A DNA stretch of 64,000 nt from Thermoplasmata archaeon. GTDB taxonomy: Archaea > Thermoplasmatota > Thermoplasmata > Lutacidiplasmatales > UBA184. The position numbers were made by a program, and so were the translations under genes. Where the stretch lies: the NCBI GenBank assembly GCA_035656275.1, contig DASRSW010000062.1, positions 986 through 64,985 on the forward strand, given 5' to 3'. Of this stretch, positions 38,672-47,866 are shown piece by piece; position 1 is the first letter of the stretch; each line of letters begins with the position of its first letter. The notes under the pieces are model-generated. The model did not search any database. It had not been told where the DNA came from and saw only the letters and a list, made by a program, of their open reading frames with translations.

Positions 38672-40303
38672 GTGGGGACAGGGTTTACCGAAACGGCACA
38701 CATGGGCGATCGAATCGTCATGCTCTCAGGTGCAATTGGTTCGGGTAAGTCCCTCCTCGGGAGGTCCCTAGCCGCTAGCGAGGGGGCCCGAGTATTCCGT
38801 ACGCGGGATGTGCTGAGACGACTCGTCCCTTCGGAGAGCGCGGATGACAGAAAGGCGCTCCAATCGGTTGGAGACCGACTGGACTTCGAGACAGAGCACC
38901 TGTGGGTCCTGCAGGAGTTCCATCAGTGGCTCGCTGGCCAAAGCGCTTCCAGAATGTCCGTTGTGGACTCGGTCCGTACCCTCGGCCAGGTAATGGCCTT
39001 TCGAGAGGAGTACGGGGCACGGGTGACCCGTGTCCACCTTTCGGCCCCTGTCGTCGAACTCGAGAGCAGGTACGCCCAACGCGCCCAGCCCAGTTCGGGC
39101 CGCGCGTACTCCTTTGCCGAGGCGCGGGCGAACGCCACCGAGCAGCAGATTGAGGCACTTGGGAACGTCGCAGACCTGGTCGTCGACACAAAGCGCTGCA
39201 CGCCGGCAGATGTCCTGATTCGTACACAGAGTCACTTCGGCGTGCGCCCCTCCGCGGGGCGTGGCTACGTTGACGTAGTGATCGGGGGACAGTATGGCAG
39301 CGAAGGGAAAGGTCAGATAGTCGATTTCATTTCGGAAGAGTACGACCTCCTAGTTCGGGTCGGCGGACCCAACGCCGGTCACTCGGTCTATCGAACACCG
39401 AGGCCCTACGTTCATCACCACCTTCCCTCAGGCACGCTCCGCGGATCGGCACGCCTTCTCATCGGACCTGGGGCCGTTCTGGGTGTTCAGACGCTCCTCA
39501 AGGAGATACGCGAGTGCGGGGTTGAGCAATCCAGGTTGACCATCGACGGAGGCGCTATGACGATCTCCGCGGACGACCTCACAGCCGAAAAGGGGCTCGT
39601 CGCGTCTATCGGGTCAACTGGTCAAGGTGTCGGGGCCGCGACTTCACGCCGAATCATGGGTCGTGGAACCGGGATCAAGCTGGCACGCGATGTGCCCGAC
39701 TTGGCCCAGTTCATCGGGAATGCGCTCGACGTGCTTCGGGAGACTTTCGCCTCTGGCGGGCGCGTCCTCCTCGAGGGTACCCAAGGGACCGGTTTGAGCC
39801 TATTTCATGGAAGCTACCCACATGTAACCTCGAGGGACACCACGGTCATGGGTTGCCTCTCCGAGGCCGGAATCCCACCGTCCCGAGTTCGGAGGATCGT
39901 AATGGTCTGCAGAACCTATCCAATTCGGGTTGAGAGCCCGGAGGCCGGCAGTTCAGGCCCCCTGCGTGAAATCTCTTACCAGGAGCTTGCCTCGCGCTCG
40001 CATATCGACGAAGCTGAGCTACTTGCAACCGAAAAGACTTCAACGACCCGGCGACAGCGACGCCTTGGGGAGTTTGAGTGGGACAATCTCCAACGAGCCG
40101 CGTTCTTGAACGCCCCGACCGACCTAGCGATAACGTTCGCCGACTACATCGACAAAGGCAATCGCGAAGCACACCGGTTCGAGCAGCTTTCTGAAGAGAC
40201 TATCAACTTCATCCAAGAGGTCGAGAGGGTTACTGGCGTCCCGGCCTCTCTGGTCGCGACTGGGTTCGGCGAGCGCAGTGTCATCGACCGACGGGCCTGG
40301 TAG
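38672..40303 (+). CDS. Fusion protein: N-terminal P-loop kinase-like domain plus C-terminal adenylosuccinate synthetase (PurA)-family domain with altered catalytic residues
   Basis: Walker A [14 protein letters not shown] in the first ~180 aa. The C-terminal ~360 aa aligns by eye to PurA: [19 protein letters not shown] vs [30 protein letters not shown] vs [23 protein letters not shown] vs [37 protein letters not shown] vs [39 protein letters not shown] vs TTGRRRRTGWLD. Asp13 becomes Ser and Lys18 becomes Gln. Confidence 0.8.
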   Translation: [543 protein letters not shown]

Positions 40304-40309
40304 GATATC

Positions 40310-40984
40310 GTGCGCGAGCCTGCCCTCTTCTCCCTATATCCGACCCTCTTCCACATGGCAGAGGACGGCAGTTGGCCAAGCATTCAGGAACGGGGTCTGC
40401 TCAGCACCACCGCCCTCCTCGACGCATACGGTGTGCAAGGGCCACAGCGAGTCGCAATAGAGTCTGCCTGGCGGCCCAAGAAGGTTGTTCTCAGACGTAG
40501 AGCGCTCCCAGACGCGGTGATTCGGGATCAGATCCCATTGCGGCCCGATCTGCTCGAACCCTGTCTCGTGGGCGGAGTTACGGTCCGGGAGTGGTACAGG
40601 TTGATCAACGGACGGGTGTTCTTTTGGCCAGATCGGAGGCGGCTGCAGTGGTTTCTCTCAGCCAAGGAGTACCGCGGCGAGCCACACATCGTCTTGACCA
40701 TGGACACTCGCTCGGTAGTCCAGCGACACCGGGAGAAGATTACGCTCTCCCAAATCAACTCGGGAAGCGCGTATCCCTCCAAAAGCACCGGGGTCGCTCC
40801 TAAGCGCGGTCCCTCGACCTTTCAACCCATCGCCGAATACCCCTTCCAGTATGCGGCTGAGCTCGTAGTAGAGGGCGGTATCCCTCAGGTCAACGGTCTG
40901 GTCCGTTCCGTTGAGCGCTGGGTTGCTCACAAGTCCGGAGACGAGGAGGCTATCTACGAACTCTTGGAAAGAATCTGGCCCTAA
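40310..40984 (+). CDS. Hypothetical protein (224 aa), starts 7 nt after the kinase-AdSS-like gene
   Basis: Tight operonic spacing. No recognised domain. Confidence 0.55.
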   Translation: MREPALFSLYPTLFHMAEDGSWPSIQERGLLSTTALLDAYGVQGPQRVAIESAWRPKKVVLRRRALPDAVIRDQIPLRPDLLEPCLVGGVTVREWYRLINGRVFFWPDRRRLQWFLSAKEYRGEPHIVLTMDTRSVVQRHREKITLSQINSGSAYPSKSTGVAPKRGPSTFQPIAEYPFQYAAELVVEGGIPQVNGLVRSVERWVAHKSGDEEAIYELLERIWP

Positions 40985-41847
40985 CTCGCAGCCTTGAACC
41001 CAAGGCCCCGTCGGCCGGCGCTGGCCAGGTCTTCATCGCGGTCGAACAGAGCAGCCCCCAAGTCGGGCTGCCCGATTCGGCAAGGGACCCCGCGACCGCA
41101 GAGCCGGTATGCCTCAACTGTCATCATGGCACCCCACATCTGCCCAATCCGCAGTCCTCTTTCCAACAAGCCCAAAGCATGCCTTGGCTGGGGAAGCAGC
41201 ACGAATACGACGTGGGACGTTCGAAAGGCAAACATCCATTCGGCGGCGCCCAGCGCCCCCAAGCGAGCCGCGAGGCGCGTTACAAAAGCGTCGCGGGGCG
41301 TGCGCGGGAAGTGCTGATACAAGAGTACCGAGTGGTCCTGGTCCAGAGCACGGCTAACTTCCACTTCGAATAGGTACTTCGACGATCGCGGCTTCCCCCG
41401 GCCCACTGACTTGACGGCGAGCCCATTGTCAGGATCAAAGAAGACGAGGTCGGATCCGTCGGAGAGCTCGAAGAAGCGGTCGAAGTACTCGTTCCGGCCA
41501 TCGGAGTCATCAACGAGATGGTCGTCGAAAAACTGGCAGTTCGACAAGATTCCCGCCTCGTGGATGGCACGCACCTCGCGTACGCCTCGGTCGATCACCT
41601 GGTGTCTGAGGAATCCGTAGACTACCGGGTCGTAGCCGCCCCAGGCATTGGGGTCAAATAGGTACGACGTGCGACTTCCATCACGACCTGTGTCGTCCGG
41701 AGTCAACGCCCAACACACGGTCGCGGCAAGTCGACCCCGCCCGGTCAGAGCCCGTATGAGGCTGTACTTCCGGTAGTCATTGAGGTCCCCGAAGTACTGG
41801 TTCTTCATCTCAAAGAACACCCCCCTTGGCATTTCGAACCAATGCAC
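40981..41847 (-). CDS. Hypothetical protein (288 aa), convergent with 40310-40984
   Basis: ORF with protein-like composition. Contains FFDPDNG...YLFEVEVS segment. Confidence 0.5.
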   Translation of the reverse strand: MHWFEMPRGVFFEMKNQYFGDLNDYRKYSLIRALTGRGRLAATVCWALTPDDTGRDGSRTSYLFDPNAWGGYDPVVYGFLRHQVIDRGVREVRAIHEAGILSNCQFFDDHLVDDSDGRNEYFDRFFELSDGSDLVFFDPDNGLAVKSVGRGKPRSSKYLFEVEVSRALDQDHSVLLYQHFPRTPRDAFVTRLAARLGALGAAEWMFAFRTSHVVFVLLPQPRHALGLLERGLRIGQMWGAMMTVEAYRLCGRGVPCRIGQPDLGAALFDRDEDLASAGRRGLGFKAAS

Positions 41848-42908
41848 GGTGGTCCGAGGTCACGTGGACCTCACTAGAACCGCGAACGCACTGAGCCCAC
41901 CGTATCTTCGCCCAACGGTCAAGGTCCCGTTGGGAGCGACCTGCAGATCGACCAAGACCTCGACAAAGCTATCGCTGCTGATCGTCCCCATCAGTCGGCG
42001 CTTTCGCTCCCCCACGGTCAGAGACTGAGACTTCTGGCCGGCTTTCCCCACGGCTCGAATGTGGGCTGTTCACGTACTTAATTCGTTCGCATGCGTTTTG
42101 ACTACAGTCAATCATCTTCTGTAGACGGTGTCCGAGGAGGTCACGCCCAAGGTCCACGTACCCGCAACGACCTCGGCGGAGGGCGCCCCCGGGGAGAAAC
42201 GCGGGGTTCAGGCGCCCAGAAGTGCCGAGGAGCAAGGAAGAATTCGACGGCAAGCACGGTCGAGTTTGGCGTCCACTTGGTTTCGGGTCAGGGTTGCTGC
42301 TTCATTCCGATCGCGCTGAAGCGCCTATCCCTCCGCCACAAGCTCGCTGCGTTGTATCCATCGGCGACGGTGCCATCCAGTCCGCATGGCTGGGCGTAGA
42401 TGCTCGCGCGCGAAAGCTGAGAACGAGTCGCTTCTCAACCGCACCTGCTCCTCTCCTTTCCCAGCCCCATTTCAACGATGGGCAATTCAAACCTGGAGCC
42501 ATTCGCGCTTCCCCCGTCGGACAGTACGGATGCCTCGCCATGAACCCGCCTCATGCGGGCCGCCTGTGACGCGCCCTCAATACCCCGGTGTTGGGCTCGC
42601 TCCGAATCTGTCGCGACGGCCGCTACACCCCCGTCAAGTAGGGTCGGCCCCCTAGGAAGTTGCCCGATTCCCTCCTATGGCGTCGTGCCGAGTCTCCCGG
42701 CACTCGATGACTATCGCTTTGGACGACGGACGAACGCTTACCCTGAGCCTGCCCCGGGCCGATTCGGTGGAGAAGTCGGCGGAATCAGTCCGCCGGCTCC
42801 TGATTCTCGATTCTGTGGTCATCGAAGACGATATCGTGGCTTGACGGCGGTGTCCTGTCCCTCGCTGAGCGTGCGTTTACCCCAGATGGCTGTCTGATGA
42901 GTCCTACT

Positions 42909-44393
42909 TCAGTGCAGTCGGCCGTCGTTGTCCGTCCGAGGGATCGGAGTGGGCCTTAGGATTGCACGGTTGGGTCCCAGTTGGGCCACGAACTCATAAC
43001 CCGACCCGATGAAGCGCTCCGCCTCGGCGAGGGAGACCACTCGCTGAGTCGAGGGAGGGCTGGGGGTGGCAGCCGGGGTCTGGAAAGGTAGTTCCTCGTT
43101 CGTGGCGGTGGTGCGTTGACCAGACCGCTTCCCGGGCTCTCCTCGGCTCTTCTCCTGCTCCGCCAGCATCTTCGCGAGGAACTCGATCGCCTCGGGCTCG
43201 CGGAGTAGCGCCGCCAAGCGCTCCTCCGCGCTCCGAGCTTCCTCGATTTGCTTCACGGCTGGAAGGGAGAGGGGGCCTCCGCAGGTCATGCAATACACTG
43301 CGCCGGGCGGGTTGACCGTCTTACAACGACCGCATCTGGACGGAGCCCGGCTAGGCTCCGGATTCTCCCTCGGGTCTGGCACTTTCACCCCGTAGCGTGC
43401 ATTCAGTGCACCGATCACATCCTTCCCACTCAAGTGGACGTAGTGCCGGGCGACGTCGCTCCCGGGAACCCACCCTGCTACCTTCTCGAGAATGGAGGTC
43501 GAGATTGCTGGGTCCTTAGCGAGTATAGTCAGCCGGGATCGGCGCAGCGCGTAGGCCGTCACCGGCTTCTTTATGCCCGCCCGCAGTGCGGCGGTCTCGA
43601 GCGCCTTGTACATCGCGCGATACGTGGCCGGCCTTCCCGACCGTTCCCCGCCCAAGTCGACCCAGAGAGGGGAGGAGGTGTCTTCCCGAGCCGGATGAGC
43701 GTTCAGCCAGGCCAGCAGCGCCGGGACCGCATCCTCGTAAACCGGGGCCGGCTCCGGGGCGGACCCTTTCTCCCGACTGACTCTGAGCTCGATGTATCCC
43801 TCGTCGTGAGGAACTACATCGCAAATCCGAAGTCGGTAGATCTCGCCAGGTCGGCAGCCGGAATTGAATAGTGTCCAGATCCAGGCCTTGTCACGGAAGT
43901 TCAGCGCCGCGTCAGCGATCCGAGCGACGTCCTCACGGGAGAGCATGTCCGATGGACCAGCCACGGGTTTCCATTTCTCCAGGCGGATTCGGAGCCAAGA
44001 AGGGTACTCCCTTCCCTGGCGGGCGAACCACCATCGCCAGAACGTTCCCAAGCAGTTCGTACCGGTCGCCCGTGTAGCTCGGGCGTAGACGCCCGGAGGA
44101 AAGGCCGCTGTGAATGCAGCCGGGGTCTCCTTGTCGGGGGAGAGGAAACGTGAGCCCAGCCGGGACGCTGCCAAAGGCAGCCAGGTTAGGAATGTCCGGA
44201 TCCGGACCTCGCTGACCTCGGGCCGGCGGGCCGAGACAAAAGCGAGAATCGCGTCCCGTTCAGATCGCTCGAGGTCGAGGACCGTGCCGACGGGTCCCCC
44301 CCCACCCAACTGAGCGAGACGTTTCTCGACGTAGCCAGACACGAGGTGGACGTCCCCGAACGGATCTTCGCGAAGTCGCTTCCGGCCCGCCAT
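42909..44393 (-). CDS. Tyrosine recombinase/integrase with C-terminal zinc-ribbon (CGRC...CMTCGG) extension
   Basis: Catalytic-domain residues ALRRSRLTILAK, ARHYVHLSG. Located 43 nt from the tRNA-Thr 3' end. Confidence 0.85.
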   Translation of the reverse strand: MAGRKRLREDPFGDVHLVSGYVEKRLAQLGGGGPVGTVLDLERSERDAILAFVSARRPEVSEVRIRTFLTWLPLAASRLGSRFLSPDKETPAAFTAAFPPGVYARATRATGTNCLGTFWRWWFARQGREYPSWLRIRLEKWKPVAGPSDMLSREDVARIADAALNFRDKAWIWTLFNSGCRPGEIYRLRICDVVPHDEGYIELRVSREKGSAPEPAPVYEDAVPALLAWLNAHPAREDTSSPLWVDLGGERSGRPATYRAMYKALETAALRAGIKKPVTAYALRRSRLTILAKDPAISTSILEKVAGWVPGSDVARHYVHLSGKDVIGALNARYGVKVPDPRENPEPSRAPSRCGRCKTVNPPGAVYCMTCGGPLSLPAVKQIEEARSAEERLAALLREPEAIEFLAKMLAEQEKSRGEPGKRSGQRTTATNEELPFQTPAATPSPPSTQRVVSLAEAERFIGSGYEFVAQLGPNRAILRPTPIPRTDNDGRLH

Positions 44394-44436
44394 CGCCCTG
44401 ACGGAGAGGCAACATGGGATATGAACTGAACGGGAA

Positions 44437-44509
44437 AGCCGCGGGAGGGGTTTGAACCCTCGACCTGCTCCTTACCAAGGAGCCGCTCTGCCAGCTGAGC
44501 CACCGCGGC
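44437..44509 (-). tRNA. tRNA-Thr (anticodon GGU)
   Basis: Hand-folded cloverleaf. Acceptor GCCGCGG/CCGCGGC. D-stem GCTC/GAGC. Anticodon stem GCTCC/GGAGC with loop TTGGTAA. T-stem GAGGG/CCCTC with loop TTCAAAC. 73 nt, no encoded CCA. Confidence 0.85.
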
Positions 44510-44529
44510 GCGTTGGGGGCTGACGCGTT

Positions 44530-45390
44530 TCAGTTCTTCCGCTTTGCCCCCGGCGGTGGCGGGGAGGATGCCCACGGAAACCCCTCCGAGAGCCGGTCCC
44601 AGTTCTCGCGGTCGCCCGGATTCCACGACCTCTTCTCGAGGAACGCCTGCATCCCGGCCTTCTGGTCGGGCGTCCCGAACAGTCGGGACCATAGTTCGAG
44701 TTCGTACGCGAGGTCGGCCTCACGCCCCGGGTCGAGGGCGTGGTTGAGCGCGTACTTGGCCGCCGCGAGCGCGGTCGACGATTTCTGGGAAAGTTCGTCC
44801 GCGAGACCTCGGGCGGCTCGGTCGAGCTCGGCCCGCGGCACGACCTGGTCGACCAGACCCTGCTCCAGCGCCTCGGGGGCTCGCACAGAACGCCCCGTCA
44901 GGATCCAGTGGCGCGCCCGGGCGGCCCCGATTCGGCGAGGAAGGCGCTGGGTCCCTCCCCACCCCGGCATGACGCCGAGGTTGATCTCCGGTTGCCCAAA
45001 CACGGCGTCGTCGCTCGCCACGATGAAGTCGCAGGCGAGCGCGATCTCGGTGCCCCCGCCGAGGCAGGATCCGTGGACCGCGGCGATCACCGGAAGGGGA
45101 AGCTCCTCGATCGTCACCGTCACCCCCTGTCCACGGCGGCCGTGGTGGCGGGCTTCCGCAGGACCCATCGGCGCCATCTCGCGAATGTTCGCGCCTGCGG
45201 CGAACGCTCGCTCCGCCGCGCCCTTCAGCACGACGACGCGGGCCCCCCGGTCGCCTTCCGCGTGACCGAGGGCCTCCGAGAGCGCGACGAGGACCTCGCC
45301 GCTCAGGACGTTCACGGGGGGATGGTCGATCGTCAGGACTGCGACAGGTCCGTCGCGTTCGTAGCGCACCAGCGGACGGTCGGGAGTCAT
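44530..45390 (-). CDS. Enoyl-CoA hydratase/isomerase (crotonase family)
   Basis: VAVLTIDHPPVNVLS, AAVHGSCLGGGTEIALACDF, FGQPEINLG. Confidence 0.85.
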   Translation of the reverse strand: MTPDRPLVRYERDGPVAVLTIDHPPVNVLSGEVLVALSEALGHAEGDRGARVVVLKGAAERAFAAGANIREMAPMGPAEARHHGRRGQGVTVTIEELPLPVIAAVHGSCLGGGTEIALACDFIVASDDAVFGQPEINLGVMPGWGGTQRLPRRIGAARARHWILTGRSVRAPEALEQGLVDQVVPRAELDRAARGLADELSQKSSTALAAAKYALNHALDPGREADLAYELELWSRLFGTPDQKAGMQAFLEKRSWNPGDRENWDRLSEGFPWASSPPPPGAKRKN

Positions 45391-45457
45391 CGAGGGGGCG
45401 ACTCCGCCCCGATTATAAAGCGCAGTCTTGGGCGCGTATCGGTCGCGTCAGGGTCGG

Positions 45458-46873
45458 TCACTTTCCTCCAGGCGATCGCTCGTCCGCGACGGGGAGCACG
45501 AGGGGGCGAAGGTGGGTGTGCTGGGGGAGCACGGTAGCGAGGTCGTCGAGACAGCCGACGCTCGCGTCGATATTCCCCCACTTCGGATGTACGAGCATCC
45601 CCTCGGCGACGAGGTCCCACTGGGGCGGGTCGGCCGGCCCGTCGACCGCGACCCCCAAGAACGGCTGGCCCGCGTGGCCGGCCCGATGGAACGCCGCGTA
45701 GCTCTCGACGATCTGGACGCCCGCGTACTTCCCGACGCCATGCCAGATCGCTCCGTCCTCCGGAGATACGAGCATGTAGATCGCGAACTGCGGCGAAGCC
45801 GGCGTCACGGCAAAGTCGTACTCCTGGAAACGGGACGGTTCCAACGAGAAGGCGGCCTCCGCGGCGGCGTGCGCCACATCCTCGGGGTCGACCTCGTTCG
45901 GATAGAGCGGGCCAGATCCGTAGCGGACCTCGACCCGTTCCACCCGTTCTTCGTTGACGATGATCTTGCCCCGGGCGAGCCGCTTCGACGCGGCCTTATC
46001 CGGAGCATGCGGCACCGCCGGAAGGAGGGTCTTCCGACGACCGAACTCCCGTCCAAAAAGCCCGTAGAGCTCGCGGAGGGTCGCGACGTCCCGGTGTGTG
46101 GCGGAGATCATCCGGTGCAGGAGACCGCTCGAGGACTCCGCGGTCAACGTGGCGAGCGGCATTCGGAGCGCCGGAATCCCCAAGTCGATGCCGAGGGTCT
46201 GAGACGCCTCCGCGAGCTGGCGGTACTTGACGCGGTCCACGAAGTCCACATAGCTTCCGTCGGTGACGGTCCCCAGCTCCTCCTCGATCACCCGGAGGTC
46301 GGGGTCGCCGATCAGCTTCCCTCGGTACTTTTCCACGAAGCCGGGGTCGAGGGAGAGCCCCTCGGTCCGGACCTCCGCGACCGCGCGCGCGCTCTGGCCC
46401 GACGCCACGATCGAGGCCCGGAGAGGATTGACCGAATACCGGTCCGGCTCGATATCGTCCACATTGAGTACGAACGGGACCACGCCCTCCTTCGGCGGGG
46501 CCCCCAACCGGGTCTTCATCTCGGCGAGGTCCCGCGGCTGGGGCCGTTGTCCCGGGTGGTCTCGCGCAAACGGCGCACTCACCTCGAGGAGCCGGGCCAG
46601 GAGCACGCCCTGGAGCTCCTCGAGGGTGACCTGGGGATTGGCGTACTCGACCGAAGTGCGGAGGAGGAACGTTTCCCCCGGCACAGACACGGGGTTGCGT
46701 CGGGACCCTTCGAAACGGAACAGCGGGACGGGGGGTCGCTGCCGCGCCGACCGGGTGCGCAGGGCCTCCGCCAGCGATTCGACCGCCGGCCACGAGTTCG
46801 TATGGAAGGAGGTCAGGAGCTGGCTGATGATCGCCTCCGACATGGATGGCAACTCGCGACTCTTCCCCCACAA
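45458..46873 (-). CDS. Conserved hypothetical protein (471 aa)
   Basis: Protein-like composition. The opposite-strand 812-aa ORF is R/G/D-rich antisense. Confidence 0.55.
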   Translation of the reverse strand: MWGKSRELPSMSEAIISQLLTSFHTNSWPAVESLAEALRTRSARQRPPVPLFRFEGSRRNPVSVPGETFLLRTSVEYANPQVTLEELQGVLLARLLEVSAPFARDHPGQRPQPRDLAEMKTRLGAPPKEGVVPFVLNVDDIEPDRYSVNPLRASIVASGQSARAVAEVRTEGLSLDPGFVEKYRGKLIGDPDLRVIEEELGTVTDGSYVDFVDRVKYRQLAEASQTLGIDLGIPALRMPLATLTAESSSGLLHRMISATHRDVATLRELYGLFGREFGRRKTLLPAVPHAPDKAASKRLARGKIIVNEERVERVEVRYGSGPLYPNEVDPEDVAHAAAEAAFSLEPSRFQEYDFAVTPASPQFAIYMLVSPEDGAIWHGVGKYAGVQIVESYAAFHRAGHAGQPFLGVAVDGPADPPQWDLVAEGMLVHPKWGNIDASVGCLDDLATVLPQHTHLRPLVLPVADERSPGGK

Positions 46874-47110
46874 TTGAACTCTTGGGCGGGCCGGCCCGAG
46901 GCGGATGGTTCATGGGAACGAATGGCCGTCCCGCGCCCCGTTGACGGCCGGAAAGAGCGACCGCGCATGGGATTTGGACGTCGAGCGGCGACGCAAGCCC
47001 CGAAAGCGCAGGGTGCGTTACCGTCACGCGCGGAACGCGAAAGGGACCGCGCGCGCAGGGGCCTCCACGGGGGGCGGGACCCGTCCCGCGCCACGGTAGG
47101 CGGCAAGCCT

Positions 47111-47866
47111 ATGGCGGGGGCGACGCTGGGCCGGAAAGTGCGCGCGCTGATCACGGGCGCCTCGAGGGGAATCGGAGCCGCGACCGCCCGGCGGCTCGCC
47201 GGACCCGGCGTAGAGCTGGCGCTGCATTTCCACGAGCACCGGGCCGAGGCGGAGAACGTCCAATCCGAGGTCGTTGCCCGGGGGGCTTCCGCTTTCCTCG
47301 TACCGGGGAACCTCGAGGATCCGGACGAGACCCACGGGGTCAGTGAAGCAGTACGATCGGAGTGGGACACTCTGGACGCGCTGGTGCTGAACGCGGGGGC
47401 GTACCCGCGGGCGCCCTTCGAAGAGATTAGCGAGGCCCAGTTTGAGGCATGCGTCCGGTTGAATTTGCTGAGCCCCGCGCAACTCGTTCGTGAGCTTCTC
47501 CCCTCGATGCGACGCGCGGCTTCGGGCCGGATCGTCCTCGTGTCGAGCGTTCTCGCCGTGACCGGCTCCGCGCACGGCGCCCACTACGCGGCGGCGAAGG
47601 CGGGGCTCCTCGGGTTGGGCCGGTCGCTCGCGCGCGAGCTCGCCCCGGCCATCACCGTGAACGTCGTGGCCCCCGGCTCGATCGACACGGCGATCCTCGC
47701 GGGAGACTCCGCCGGCCAGCGGGCGGAGCGCCACCGGACGATCCCCCTGGGACGGCTGGGAACGCCGGAGGAGGTCGCGAGTTCGATCGCCTTTCTGTTG
47801 GGCCCTGAGGCGGCCTATATCACCGGGACGACCGTCCACGTGAACGGGGGGGTGTATCTCTCGTGA
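47111..47866 (+). CDS. SDR family oxidoreductase (FabG-like)
   Basis: ALITGASRGIGAA. YAAAKAG. Full SDR layout. Start set at ATG 47111 inside the long artefactual ORF. Confidence 0.85.
   Translation: MAGATLGRKVRALITGASRGIGAATARRLAGPGVELALHFHEHRAEAENVQSEVVARGASAFLVPGNLEDPDETHGVSEAVRSEWDTLDALVLNAGAYPRAPFEEISEAQFEACVRLNLLSPAQLVRELLPSMRRAASGRIVLVSSVLAVTGSAHGAHYAAAKAGLLGLGRSLARELAPAITVNVVAPGSIDTAILAGDSAGQRAERHRTIPLGRLGTPEEVASSIAFLLGPEAAYITGTTVHVNGGVYLS

Noticed and set aside
40981-41847. PD-(D/E)xK call for FFDPDNG...YLFEVEVS in the 288-aa protein
   Set aside because: No lysine in the E-x-K position, so it is left as hypothetical.
45428-47866. 812-aa plus-strand ORF
   Set aside because: The N-terminal about 560 aa are R/G/D/E-rich and antisense to a well-behaved minus-strand gene (45458-46873). 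Only the C-terminal SDR gene starting at ATG 47111 is kept.
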